Part shown: piece by piece, positions 34,295-43,455 of the stretch | How the letters are laid out: every line of letters begins with the position of its first letter | Position numbering within the stretch: position 1 is the stretch's first letter | Virus record (IMG/VR): IMGVR_UViG_3300038679_000166 | Location: 1-45,085 of that record | Source of the DNA: a virus | Taxonomy: Duplodnaviria > Caudoviricetes | Reading direction: 5' to 3' (one strand) | Length of the DNA: 45,085 nucleotides | The notes under the pieces: generated by a model | Databases searched by the model: none | What the model saw: the letters and a program-made list of their open reading frames with translations, nothing else | Told to the model about the DNA's origin: nothing | Position numbers and translations under genes: made by a program

Positions 34295-34501
34295 ATACTT
34301 ACTCCGTTCATTCCGCTCGCGGATGGCAGCCTTGCATTCCGGGCAGATGGTGTGGTGCTCGCGGTATCCGGTGCGCTCAAGCTCGCAGCGTTCATCGAGG
34401 GTAAGGTCTCCCCAGTGGGGCAGGGTGTCGCCCCTGGCATAGCGCTGCACGCGATGGCAGAAAATGCAGATCTTGATGAGAGGCGGCGCCTGAGGCACGG
34501 T

Positions 34502-34786
34502 TCACCGCCCATTCTCGGGCCCCTTTGTTATCGAGATTTCAGCCTTCAGGCTTCTGAGTTCGCTCACGATCTCGGTGGTGCCTGATCTCGGTACAAAAAC
34601 ATTGATCGCAATAAATGCTATAAGGCCGAGGACGATGATCGCAAGCTGCTTGATCGTTGCGGCCGATACTGCTTTGATTATGTTGTTCATCTCTGTCTTT
34701 ACCCCCTCGACGTCGTCACAGATCCCCCTGATCTTGCTGCAGTCATTGCAGTCTTTCCAGGTTACGTGGAGATCAGTGTCGGGCAT
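34502..34786 (-). CDS. Single-TM coiled-coil protein (holin/antiholin position)
   Basis: One TM segment, immediately upstream of the endolysin. Confidence 0.5.
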   Translation of the reverse strand: MPDTDLHVTWKDCNDCSKIRGICDDVEGVKTEMNNIIKAVSAATIKQLAIIVLGLIAFIAINVFVPRSGTTEIVSELRSLKAEISITKGPENGR

Positions 34787-34798
34787 GTGTAACTCCTC

Positions 34799-35023
34799 TT
34801 ACCTGCCTTTTCTGTCCGGCAGGACAGGACCGAAGAAGTTCTTCCCCGGCCTGTTATTTTTCACCGCAGGCTTGGGGTCAGGCGGGAGCTTGTCCGCGGG
34901 AAGGACTGCTTCTCCTCCGGCGAGGAGTTTCTCGGCTACAGAGTCGGGCACGCCTTTTAAGACCATGCCCTTCGGACGGATGGCACCGTCGTAGATGATG
35001 TTCCCGGCGCATTTTATATCCAT
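34799..35023 (-). CDS. Small post-capsid hypothetical protein
   Basis: GGAGG RBS and an AEKLLAGGEAV pattern. Confidence 0.55.
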   Translation of the reverse strand: MDIKCAGNIIYDGAIRPKGMVLKGVPDSVAEKLLAGGEAVLPADKLPPDPKPAVKNNRPGKNFFGPVLPDRKGR

Positions 35024-35108
35024 TATTACCTCCGTTTATGGGAGCGGGGTAGCGGAAAAGGTTTTATCCTTTCCCGCCTTTCTCGCTCGTCTCGCTTTTC
35101 CCGCTCAA

Positions 35109-36071
35109 TTATGCGGTTATGTTGCTCAGGAGATATCCCGCGGCGGTGAAGATGAAGGCTTCGTCCACGTTGTTGCGGACGCGGTAGACTTCCGACCGCC
35201 TTTTCTCCTCCCGGTAATGCTCGGTGATGAGAATCCCGGGCGAGTCTTCTGTCCAGAGGAACGTCCTGCCGAGGCACGGCTCCCTCAGGTCCTGGGAACC
35301 GGAGCTGATCCGGGCGAGGAGCGCATACTCGTCATCCCAGATATCGGCGATGGACATGGCCTGGCCCTTCTTGGCGCTGTCCTTGATGGCGTTGCCGACG
35401 AGGACATCCATGCCGAAATACTGGGAAAGCAGCCTGCGCTGCGCCTCTTCGGAATTGACCTGGAGGGGATTGGTATATTGCAGCGCGTCGGTGATTTCCT
35501 TGGCTTTGAGCAGGTTGCCGAATACCTTGTAGCTGATGGCCAGCACGTTCGGGGTGAGGCCTGAGGCGGCCCGCATTGCTTCCCGGGCGGTCATTACGTC
35601 CGACCTCGGGGTGCAGGACGCGGCGGTTGACCATTCGGTGCTGACTGCCGCGGTCCCGGTGATAAGGCCCGTGTTCTGGAGCATGGCGGCGATCCTCGCC
35701 TCGCGGGCACGAAGCACGATGTCGACGGCACGCATGACGGCCACCTGCTCGGCGTCGAAGAACCTCCGGTAGAGCTTGGCCTCGGAGTCGTCGAGAAGCT
35801 CTTCCCACCCGTGGTCTTCGCAGGCGTAGGTGCCGGTCTCGAATTCGTAGTCGCCGCGGTTATAGTCAGCCCTGGGGCTTCGCTTGGTGTCCTGGAGCTT
35901 GAGGAGCGATTCGATGGGGATCACAGGATACTGGGCGGTCTGGAGCGGGGTGTCGAACACCGGGAGCAGGATGTCCCCGATGAAGCCCCGCTGCGATGCC
36001 TCAAGCATGTACTCGTAGGCAATGGCCCCGAGTTCCGGTCGTAAGGTTGTTGATGAGGTTGGTCTTGGCAT
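35109..36071 (-). CDS. Major capsid protein (lambda gpE-like family)
   Basis: 320 aa following the decoration gene; FIGD.LLPV, Y.CEDHG.EE, RE.RIA, PNVL, AGYLLSNI. Confidence 0.8.
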   Translation of the reverse strand: MPRPTSSTTLRPELGAIAYEYMLEASQRGFIGDILLPVFDTPLQTAQYPVIPIESLLKLQDTKRSPRADYNRGDYEFETGTYACEDHGWEELLDDSEAKLYRRFFDAEQVAVMRAVDIVLRAREARIAAMLQNTGLITGTAAVSTEWSTAASCTPRSDVMTAREAMRAASGLTPNVLAISYKVFGNLLKAKEITDALQYTNPLQVNSEEAQRRLLSQYFGMDVLVGNAIKDSAKKGQAMSIADIWDDEYALLARISSGSQDLREPCLGRTFLWTEDSPGILITEHYREEKRRSEVYRVRNNVDEAFIFTAAGYLLSNITA

Positions 36072-36084
36072 GGTTCATTCCTCC

Positions 36085-37056
36085 TTATGATGTTAAGAGC
36101 TTGGTCTTATATTCGAGCCAGAGCGCCGAGAGCTGCATATTGTCGGTGGTGTGGGCAGCCGGCGTGAGCGCGATGGTCAGGGTCTGTGCGCCGGCAGGAA
36201 CGTCTGCGTTTCCGATGGTGGCGATCTTCTCGGCCCAGGTGTTGGTCTGGTTGGTCTCGGTGGTATCGGACACCTTTGTATCGCCCTCATTAAACCATGA
36301 TTCCACGGTAAAGCCGACGGCGTCGGTTGTGCCTCCGGAGCGGATCCGCGTGTGGAGGACGAGGTCGGCGGTGTCATCGAGGTTCGGCGGGAGCGGGATC
36401 TGAAAGATAACGACATCGTTGTTGCTCGCTGCCCATACAACCTCCTGGCACCCGTCTGTTGCGCCGTTGATGGGCTGGAGGATCGGGGTGGTGTCTGAGG
36501 CAAGGAGGCCGCCGTTTGCCGCTATGTTGCCCACGGCCATGGTTGCCGCCTCACGGAGCTGCATGAGGGAGATGGGGATAAACCCCTGGACTGAGATGAG
36601 GCTCTGGTAGATCTCCTGGAGGGCTGCTTCCACGGTGGCCGCGGTGGTGAATTCTCCTGCGTCTGCCTGGGAAACAGTGGCCGCCGTGGTGGAGATGACG
36701 GTGAAGTCAAGGAACTCGATGATGTCTCCGGTGGCGGTGGCCGCTTCGATCGCGATGCCGATGGCGGTGCCGTCTGATGTGTCCTTTATCTTGCCCGCGG
36801 CGGCGGCGTACAGGGTGGCGCCCACGGCGAGAGCCTCCGATGCAATGCCTTCATGGGTGCCGGGGAATGTCCTGAGCTTGACGGCCACAAGGCCGCCGTC
36901 GGCAACTGCGTATTCGGTGATGCCGATGTGCTGCTCCCCCGCGCCGGCCACTTCGACCTGGGGCGGGGTTGTTGCTGACGCGCTCGTCAGCTTGACGCGG
37001 ATCTTTGCGCCTATCGCTCCGTTGGCGGTGAATGTTCTGATGCCTTCGTTGTACAT
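36085..37056 (-). CDS. Capsid cement / head decoration protein (DUF2190-like) with C-terminal extension
   Basis: ASEALAVGATLYAAAAGK..AIGIAIEAATATGDIIE, followed by about 200 extra aa. Confidence 0.75.
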   Translation of the reverse strand: MYNEGIRTFTANGAIGAKIRVKLTSASATTPPQVEVAGAGEQHIGITEYAVADGGLVAVKLRTFPGTHEGIASEALAVGATLYAAAAGKIKDTSDGTAIGIAIEAATATGDIIEFLDFTVISTTAATVSQADAGEFTTAATVEAALQEIYQSLISVQGFIPISLMQLREAATMAVGNIAANGGLLASDTTPILQPINGATDGCQEVVWAASNNDVVIFQIPLPPNLDDTADLVLHTRIRSGGTTDAVGFTVESWFNEGDTKVSDTTETNQTNTWAEKIATIGNADVPAGAQTLTIALTPAAHTTDNMQLSALWLEYKTKLLTS

Positions 37057-37068
37057 AGCGTCTCCTCC

Positions 37069-37575
37069 TTATTTCCTGCCCGCATTAACGCGGTCAAGAT
37101 ATTTTTCGCGCAGGCCGGGATTCTCGGCATCTACCGCTTGGATCGCCTGGGTGCGGCTGCACTTGTTTTCTTTCTGATACTGATCCACAAGAGCATTCCA
37201 GTCCTTGTCGCCCTGGGCGGCTGCCCCTGCGCCGGGGTTCTCCGCGCCGGACTTCTTGAGCTCTTCGAGGATCTGGGCTTTGAGGTCGTCGCTCGTCTGC
37301 TTTGCAGATATGGCGATGGGAGCACCGATGGCTTTGAACGTCTCCACATCCACGTTGGATAGAATGAGTTTGCCGAATTTTTCACCGGCATCTTCGCCGA
37401 TCGCCTCTTTGGCGAGGTCAATTACGCGGGTGCGTTCCGCGTCCACTGCTTCTCGTGCAATGGATGCACTATCCACTGACTTTTTTCCTTCTTCCGCGCC
37501 TTCGGCCTTAATCTGCGCCACTAAATCGGGGTGCTCAGCCGCAAGCGTTTCGCGTGATAAAGTTTTTTCAGGCAT
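37069..37575 (-). CDS. Nested scaffold protein (Nu3-like internal start)
   Basis: AAAGGAGG RBS before the in-frame MPEKTL, and a charged helical sequence. Confidence 0.7.
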   Translation of the reverse strand: MPEKTLSRETLAAEHPDLVAQIKAEGAEEGKKSVDSASIAREAVDAERTRVIDLAKEAIGEDAGEKFGKLILSNVDVETFKAIGAPIAISAKQTSDDLKAQILEELKKSGAENPGAGAAAQGDKDWNALVDQYQKENKCSRTQAIQAVDAENPGLREKYLDRVNAGRK

Positions 37576-38472
37576 AGTAGCCTCCTTTCTGTATTGTGGG
37601 GTGTATCCCCGATTTGCGCCGGCCTTAACGGCAAGCGTTTTTACCATTTCCAGCGCTGCGTCATAACCCATGATGCCGTCGATCAGACCGGCTGTAAGGG
37701 CTTGCTGCCCGACAAAGAGGTCATTAACCTCGGTGGACATATTTTTAAGAACATCCTCGGAGGACGCTCCGCGGAATTTCGCTACTGCGTCAATAAAAAG
37801 GGTGAAGAAATAATCGACCTGGGATTGCAGGTGAGTTCTCCCCTCCTCAGTAAGGGGACCGTTCCCCAGGAGGCGCTTATATTTTCCCCGGTAGATCTCT
37901 GTGGTGATGACGCCTGACTTTGCATCCTGGGAGGACGTATCACGATGGACCGCCACGACTCCGATGGAGCCGACCATAGTGGCGACGTCCGTTGCGTAGA
38001 TGGCGGATGCCGCGGATCCGATGAGATATGCGGCGCTTGCGAGGGTACCATAGGCGACACAGATAATGTCTTTTGTCTCGCGGGCGGCATAGATGGTTTC
38101 GGCAAGCTCAAAAACACCATCCACCGGTCCGCCGGGAGAATCTATCTTGAGAATTATTGCACTGACATCGGGATCCTCCAGGGCAGATTTTACACGGGCC
38201 GTGACCTTCTCGATGGATACACCGCCGGAGATCTCCATAAAAAGGTTCATGCGCTTGGCGATAACGCCATTGACGGGAATAACGGCGACGCCATCAATCA
38301 CTTCATAGTCGCGGTCATCATTGCGGAGTGGGCGGCCGAGTTGGGCTTCGATAGCTTTGATATCCGGTATTTTGCCTTCCTTGTGGGCATAATAGATCGA
38401 TCGGATCGTGCGAAGACCATCTTCGGTGATAGCCCACGGCCGTGAATCGATAAGCTGAATTATGTCAGGCAT
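37069..38472 (-). CDS. Head maturation protease, S49 family (gpC-like)
   Basis: IDSPGG.V.G, ASAAY.IGS and GSIGV motifs. The start MPDII has a GAGGAGG RBS. Confidence 0.9.
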   Translation of the reverse strand: MPDIIQLIDSRPWAITEDGLRTIRSIYYAHKEGKIPDIKAIEAQLGRPLRNDDRDYEVIDGVAVIPVNGVIAKRMNLFMEISGGVSIEKVTARVKSALEDPDVSAIILKIDSPGGPVDGVFELAETIYAARETKDIICVAYGTLASAAYLIGSAASAIYATDVATMVGSIGVVAVHRDTSSQDAKSGVITTEIYRGKYKRLLGNGPLTEEGRTHLQSQVDYFFTLFIDAVAKFRGASSEDVLKNMSTEVNDLFVGQQALTAGLIDGIMGYDAALEMVKTLAVKAGANRGYTPQYRKEATMPEKTLSRETLAAEHPDLVAQIKAEGAEEGKKSVDSASIAREAVDAERTRVIDLAKEAIGEDAGEKFGKLILSNVDVETFKAIGAPIAISAKQTSDDLKAQILEELKKSGAENPGAGAAAQGDKDWNALVDQYQKENKCSRTQAIQAVDAENPGLREKYLDRVNAGRK

Positions 38473-40219
38473 TGTGTTCCGCCTCCTCTTCTTCGTCACT
38501 TGATTCGGGGTTGTTGGGATCACCAGGGGTTTTATTGTGGGGCTGCCTGGTTCCTGTGGTTGTGGTAGTCGGCACAGAAGCAGCCCCTTCGCCTGATTGT
38601 TGGGTTTTTAGCTTTCTATCCGCCATCATTAGGTCTTCTTCCTGGAGTTGGTCTAAAGTGGCGGTGAGTTCGCCGCCGCGTTCCGCGATGGCCTCGGCAC
38701 GGGTTTTGAGCTTGGCGTTGATAAGCTCGATGTCTGCCTGGGCTGCCTTGAAGGGTTCTATGTCTCCCTTGGGGGCCCCTCGCCATTCGGCGTGGGTCAC
38801 GGCATAAGGGTTTGTGTAAAAATCATCGATTTCGAGCGTGCCCGTGAGGTACGCCTCTTCCATCAACATGGTAAAGATCGGCTGGCAGAACCCCTGGCCA
38901 AGCCAGATGCGGCGGGCAGAGAAGACGCGCCAGGCTTCGAGCATGGCGGAACGGAAAACGGCAAACGTGGCGTGGTCAACATCCTTGAAGGCGATGATAT
39001 AGGGGATATTGATAGACATGGCGATGGCCTTTTTTACTTCCCGGAGAAAGGGCTCAAAGGTCTGCCCGGGACGGTCCGCGGTGATGGGGGTCACTTTCTG
39101 TCCGCTGTTGCCGTAGATGATGTTGCCGCCGTGCTGCATTTCCTGGAAGCGGACGTCGTAAGTGCTGTTGTCGGACTTGTAGTCCGGATCGGTGATGGTG
39201 CTAAAGCTCTTTGCGAGGTCCATGGGGTCCGATCCGCCGGATTCAATAAAGAGGGAAAAGGCGGCGGTGATGATATTTGACATGAGCTCCGCCCCGAGAT
39301 ACTCGTTGAGGTCTTTGAAATACGCCATTGCCGGCGCAAAATCCGACACGCCGCGGATCTGCTCCGGGTCCCTGTTGACGAAATTGTGGAGAACTTTCCA
39401 CCGGTGGCGGCGGCGGGCCTCGATGCGGACGAAATTGGCGGATGTGTCGGCCATAGCCATGCGGGCCGAGGGGGATGACTTCTTGATCCAATATGCAACC
39501 GGTTCCCCGTAGGGGCCGAGCTCGACGCCGTCGCAGATGGTTCCGGAGGAGATTAGATCTGAGGGAGTTTTCAGGCGCAGCGGGTTGATGACCTGGAGGG
39601 CCAGGGCATAGGGGCGGACCGGGTCTTCGATCATGTGGCAGAGGACGAGGTATTCGCCGTATTGGATGAGGTTTCTCTGGATGAGGTGCTGGATTTCGCC
39701 GAAGGTCATGCGCTGCCCTGCGTCTGCAAACCGGTACCAGGATACATAGACTGAGCGCATCTGCTTCTGGAGGTCACGGATCTTATCTTTGTCCTCCTTG
39801 GATGTTCCGGGCAGGCCGATGGTGTCTGCGCTGATGGAAGGCAGGGGAACGAGGCCGGGGCCAACGACGGTTTCCGCATATCCGGATACGGCGCCGGCGG
39901 CATGGGGATCATTGTTGACAAGGTCGGTCGCGCGGAGCGCGATGTCTTCACGTTCGCGGGACTCTGCGTCCCGGGTGTAAAACCGCTGGGGCGTCCAGCT
40001 CTGCATGGAACCTGTTTTCTTTGCGGCGCTGCGCCGGACATTGTAATAGCTGTCCGGGTAGATTGGCTGGTTGTTGGGACCGTAGATTATGGGCTGACGC
40101 GCGGAGGCGTTTATGCTCGGGGGCGCGGATTTGGCTGCAAGGGCAGGGACGGCGGATGCCAGGTAGGTGACGGCTCGCTCGAAGATCTCCTGCTTGCGGG
40201 CTGCGCTGTGGTCGATCAT
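38465..40219 (-). CDS. Portal protein, lambda family
   Basis: RATDLVNNDPHAAGAV, DGVELGPYGEPVAYWI, PEQIRGVS, RSAMLE. Confidence 0.9.
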   Translation of the reverse strand: MIDHSAARKQEIFERAVTYLASAVPALAAKSAPPSINASARQPIIYGPNNQPIYPDSYYNVRRSAAKKTGSMQSWTPQRFYTRDAESREREDIALRATDLVNNDPHAAGAVSGYAETVVGPGLVPLPSISADTIGLPGTSKEDKDKIRDLQKQMRSVYVSWYRFADAGQRMTFGEIQHLIQRNLIQYGEYLVLCHMIEDPVRPYALALQVINPLRLKTPSDLISSGTICDGVELGPYGEPVAYWIKKSSPSARMAMADTSANFVRIEARRRHRWKVLHNFVNRDPEQIRGVSDFAPAMAYFKDLNEYLGAELMSNIITAAFSLFIESGGSDPMDLAKSFSTITDPDYKSDNSTYDVRFQEMQHGGNIIYGNSGQKVTPITADRPGQTFEPFLREVKKAIAMSINIPYIIAFKDVDHATFAVFRSAMLEAWRVFSARRIWLGQGFCQPIFTMLMEEAYLTGTLEIDDFYTNPYAVTHAEWRGAPKGDIEPFKAAQADIELINAKLKTRAEAIAERGGELTATLDQLQEEDLMMADRKLKTQQSGEGAASVPTTTTTGTRQPHNKTPGDPNNPESSDEEEEAEHNA

Positions 40220-40220
40220 A

Positions 40221-40451
40221 TCAGTAGTCCCTCTTTATAATACCGGTGTTGATGGCCATGCCGCCGGTGCCGGATTCTGATTTGTACCGCGCAAGGAGTG
40301 TTTCTTCGCGCTTGGTGAGGGCGTCGAGGTCGGCCCGGGTCATGGTGCGGCTTGATCCACCGGAGCTCATGGAATACGCCTGGCCGGAACAGACAGCGCT
40401 TATTGCCGCCTGGACTTCTTCAAGCTGCTCAAGGGTGGTCTTAACGGCCAT
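40221..40451 (-). CDS. Head-tail joining protein gpW-like
   Basis: QLEEVQAAI.AV..GQAY..RTMTRADL, located just upstream of the portal. Confidence 0.8.
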   Translation of the reverse strand: MAVKTTLEQLEEVQAAISAVCSGQAYSMSSGGSSRTMTRADLDALTKREETLLARYKSESGTGGMAINTGIIKRDY

Positions 40452-40684
40452 TATTTTTTTACCTCTTTGCTGCAGGCATCAGGTTGGTCCGGCGGGGCCG
40501 GGACGTCGAAGGCGACGGTGACGCGGAGGCGCGGCCAGATCTGGACGGAGAGGGGCTCTGTTTTCGGCCCGACGCGCTCGAAGGAGGGATGGAGCTTTAT
40601 CGATATGTTTTTGAATCCAGCCTCTTCGAGATCGTCTTTCACCTGGCGGATATCTGCGCCCTGCTGATCGGTGAGTTTAAGCAT
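40451..40684 (-). CDS. Hypothetical protein
   Basis: GGAGGT RBS and TAATG coupling to gpW. Confidence 0.55.
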   Translation of the reverse strand: MLKLTDQQGADIRQVKDDLEEAGFKNISIKLHPSFERVGPKTEPLSVQIWPRLRVTVAFDVPAPPDQPDACSKEVKK

Positions 40685-40748
40685 GCATACTTACCTCCCT
40701 GGATGGTTGGACATCGTTCAAAAAACAGGTGGTGATTATCATGGGGAA

Positions 40749-40857
40749 AGTATAAGGGACGATTTTTGATGAAAATGTTTTTTTACTCAGAATGCATGTT
40801 TTTTTCTGTTTTTTTACTCAAAATGCATGTTTTTTTACTTGACAGGTTTTTTTACTG
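40749..40857 (-). promoter_or_regulatory. Putative activator-dependent late promoter with repeat array
   Basis: -10 TATACT (40749-40754) without a good -35. GTTTTTTTACT at 40777, 40808, 40829 and 40846. Confidence 0.6.
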
Positions 40858-41142
40858 CTCGTCTTCTATCTCTTCAGAGGGGATCCCGGATTCGTCGATG
40901 ACCTCGCATTTCGACAGATCGTCAAACCATTCTCCAAGCGCTTTTTTTGTGGTGTAATACTTCCCGTGGATCTTGGAGGGGGGAAACTTGCGGAAAAGCA
41001 TCGTCTTACCATTGATAAGGACTTTTACCCTGTTTTCTATAAGGCCCATAAGGGTAGGACGGCTTATCTTCAGGTGCAGGGATATCTGCTGTAATCCGAC
41101 CAGGATATCATTGCCATTGTTCTGGGGGTTGTTCTCAGCCAT
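40852..41142 (-). CDS. Excisionase/HTH_17-like DNA-binding protein (candidate late activator)
   Basis: ILVGLQQISLHLKISRPTL..PPSKIHGKYYTTKKALGEW winged-HTH pattern. Confidence 0.6.
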   Translation of the reverse strand: MAENNPQNNGNDILVGLQQISLHLKISRPTLMGLIENRVKVLINGKTMLFRKFPPSKIHGKYYTTKKALGEWFDDLSKCEVIDESGIPSEEIEDEQ

Positions 41143-43076
41143 TATCTATCCATCCACCCGGGACGCTTGAAGTCGCGGACGCGCTCGCGGGCATCGGGCG
41201 CGCCGGTGCCGGGAGAGATAGTACGCCGGGCGTTCTGTGAGGGCTGCGCCCCCTGCTGGCTGCCGGCAACCGACGACCTGATGAAATCCATATAGGGGAC
41301 CCCTGCCACGTGGGCGGCGGCGTAGGCGTATACCTCAAGGTCCAGGGCCTCGTTGCGCTCCGACACCTTGACCCATTCTGTCCGGGGGAAGCCCCGGGCG
41401 TCAAACTTGGTGACGAGCTTTTCGGCGGTGAGCTGCATAAAGTATTCGTCCTGGACGTCTTCCGGGAAATGCATCACCCCGGAGGTGCCGGCGTCGGTAA
41501 GCTGGATCCTGCTATAGATCGTCTCTTTTGCCATGGACGTGCCGATGATCCAGAGGTTTGCGCCGCCCTTGATGGTCTTGCCCATCCAGGTGACGTCCTG
41601 GTCGGTGGGCGGGCTGATGATGCGCTTGCTGGCCTGGGACGACCCCTTGACGGCGATTACGCGGGGCTTGCGGAACCGGCAGTAGTTATACACGGTCTGG
41701 GTGCGGTACCCGGCATCGATAGCCATGATGCTGATCCTGATGTCATGGCCGTCGGCGCGTGGATAGGAACGGTTGAGGATGATGTCGAGCTGATCCCACA
41801 CGTCGCGCTTTTCTGTATCCCCGAAGATGGGTCCGTAGTAGACGAGCCAGCTTTCTTCGTACTTGCCCCACGCCTTGATCTTGACTTCGAGGCGGTCTTC
41901 CTGGACGTCGACGGAGGCGGTGAGGATCTCTCCGCCGTGGGGGACCGTGAGCATCTTGTATGATTCTTTGCGGTTTTTGAGGAGCACCCAGTCGGGCTGG
42001 TCGCCTTTTTCTTCGAAGGGGAGGCCCAGGCGGGTGTTGATCCAGGCCTTGAGGCGTTCTTTGTAGTTCTTTGCGGCGAGGAACTCCTGGCAGATCTGCG
42101 CCCAGGAAACCCAGCCGAGGGGAGAATACAGGCTGGAAAGGTGGTACCCGCGGCGGTGACGGCCGGGGTGCGCCGGGATCCATTCTCCGTGGGCGAGCAT
42201 CCAGGTTTTGCTATGCTCTTCGATCTGCTCGCCGCAGAACCGGCAGACGTACCACGCCTTGATGACTTCGTTGTTGGCGTTGCGGGTGAACTTGATGCCG
42301 TGGGGGTCGTCCTTGGTGCCGAATTCAAGGAGCTGCTTTTCTCCGCAGGCAGGGCAGGGGACGTGGTAATGGCGCTGGTCGGACTCTTCGAAGCACCGGG
42401 CGATGCGGGAGATGTTCTTGGTTGTGGGCGTGGAGACCTTGAAGATCTTCTTGCGGGTGGAGAAGGTATCCGTGCGCTTCTCGGCCAGGTCTATGGGGTC
42501 GCCTTCGCCGCCGACGTCAAGCTCGAAGCCGTCGATATCGTCAAGAAAGAGGAAGCGGATAGATTTGGAGCGGAAGGCGGCTGCCGAGTTGGACCCGCCG
42601 AGAAAGAGCGTGCCCCCGGGGAAGTCTTTGGAAAAGATGGTGTTGCCGGAATCGCGCGAGCGGCTTTCGCGGATCTTGCCGTGGAGGCGGGGCGTCTCCT
42701 CCATCGTGGGGATGAGCTTCTGCTGGCTGTGGCCCTTGGCGAGGTCGAGGGTGGGGAAGATCATCATCATGGGGCCGGGGCACATGTCCGCCACGAAGCA
42801 GAACCAGTTGTTGCCGACCTCGGTAAACCCAAGCTGGGTGCCTTTCATGACGGAGACCTCCTGGCAGGGGTTGGAGGGCGAGAGGGCGTCCATGATCTCC
42901 CGGAGGTATGGGGTGCGGGAGGAGCGGTATTTGCCGGACTCGGAGGAGGATTTCTTGGGGAGGTAGCGGTATTGGTCCGCCCATTCGGTGATGGTGATGT
43001 CTGGGTCTGGGCGGATGCCTTCGCGGATGGCTTCGAGGACCACGGCGGCGGCGGACGAGGAGGAGCGGCGGGTCAT
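41142..43076 (-). CDS. Terminase large subunit (lambda gpA family)
   Basis: RTPYLREIMD, KGTQLGFTE (Walker A), FLFLDD (Walker B), STPT, PCPACG, VDVQ, RNEALDL. Confidence 0.95.
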   Translation of the reverse strand: MTRRSSSSAAAVVLEAIREGIRPDPDITITEWADQYRYLPKKSSSESGKYRSSRTPYLREIMDALSPSNPCQEVSVMKGTQLGFTEVGNNWFCFVADMCPGPMMMIFPTLDLAKGHSQQKLIPTMEETPRLHGKIRESRSRDSGNTIFSKDFPGGTLFLGGSNSAAAFRSKSIRFLFLDDIDGFELDVGGEGDPIDLAEKRTDTFSTRKKIFKVSTPTTKNISRIARCFEESDQRHYHVPCPACGEKQLLEFGTKDDPHGIKFTRNANNEVIKAWYVCRFCGEQIEEHSKTWMLAHGEWIPAHPGRHRRGYHLSSLYSPLGWVSWAQICQEFLAAKNYKERLKAWINTRLGLPFEEKGDQPDWVLLKNRKESYKMLTVPHGGEILTASVDVQEDRLEVKIKAWGKYEESWLVYYGPIFGDTEKRDVWDQLDIILNRSYPRADGHDIRISIMAIDAGYRTQTVYNYCRFRKPRVIAVKGSSQASKRIISPPTDQDVTWMGKTIKGGANLWIIGTSMAKETIYSRIQLTDAGTSGVMHFPEDVQDEYFMQLTAEKLVTKFDARGFPRTEWVKVSERNEALDLEVYAYAAAHVAGVPYMDFIRSSVAGSQQGAQPSQNARRTISPGTGAPDARERVRDFKRPGWMDR

Positions 43077-43086
43077 GCAGGGGCCC

Positions 43087-43314
43087 TCATGGTGTGCGTT
43101 CCATTGGCACCGGCCAGATCCCTTTTGTGTTGTAGCCGCGTTCTTTCAGGATGCGGCGGGCCTCAAGAAAGTCACGCTCCGGAGGGCGGAACGGAGCTTG
43201 CCCTGGGGCCTTGGCAAGGGTGCCGCCCTTGTGCGCTGCGCAGATCCAGCAGAGGTAATTCTCCGGGATATCTTCAAACTCTTTGTCGCGGTGGACGCCG
43301 AAGGAGGGTTTCAT
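43087..43314 (-). CDS. Small DUF3820-like hypothetical protein
   Basis: FGVHRDKEFEDIPENYLCWI with an ATGA-coupled start. Confidence 0.5.
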   Translation of the reverse strand: MKPSFGVHRDKEFEDIPENYLCWICAAHKGGTLAKAPGQAPFRPPERDFLEARRILKERGYNTKGIWPVPMERTP

Positions 43315-43451
43315 TCTTCCCACGTAATGACGGGCATAAACCCCATTATTTTTGCTGCGAGAGTTAGCAGCTTACAGGCTATGTAAAATCGTAGGCGAAA
43401 TCCTTTTGTGATCTTAACGGTAATAGACATCGTGCTAAGGTTTGGATCCAT
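43311..43451 (-). CDS. 46-aa hypothetical protein (not in ORF track)
   Basis: MDPNLSTMSITVKITKGFRLRFYIACKLLTLAAKIMGFMPVITWEE fills the gap, with an ATGA overlap. Confidence 0.45.
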   Translation of the reverse strand: MDPNLSTMSITVKITKGFRLRFYIACKLLTLAAKIMGFMPVITWEE

Positions 43452-43455
43452 CTTT

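Noticed and set aside
17483-43367. Long plus-strand ORFs (for example 17483-18571, 19043-20113, 24490-25638, 42141-43367; also 3965-5077)
   Set aside because: They are antisense shadows of GC-rich minus-strand genes, with no recognisable motifs.
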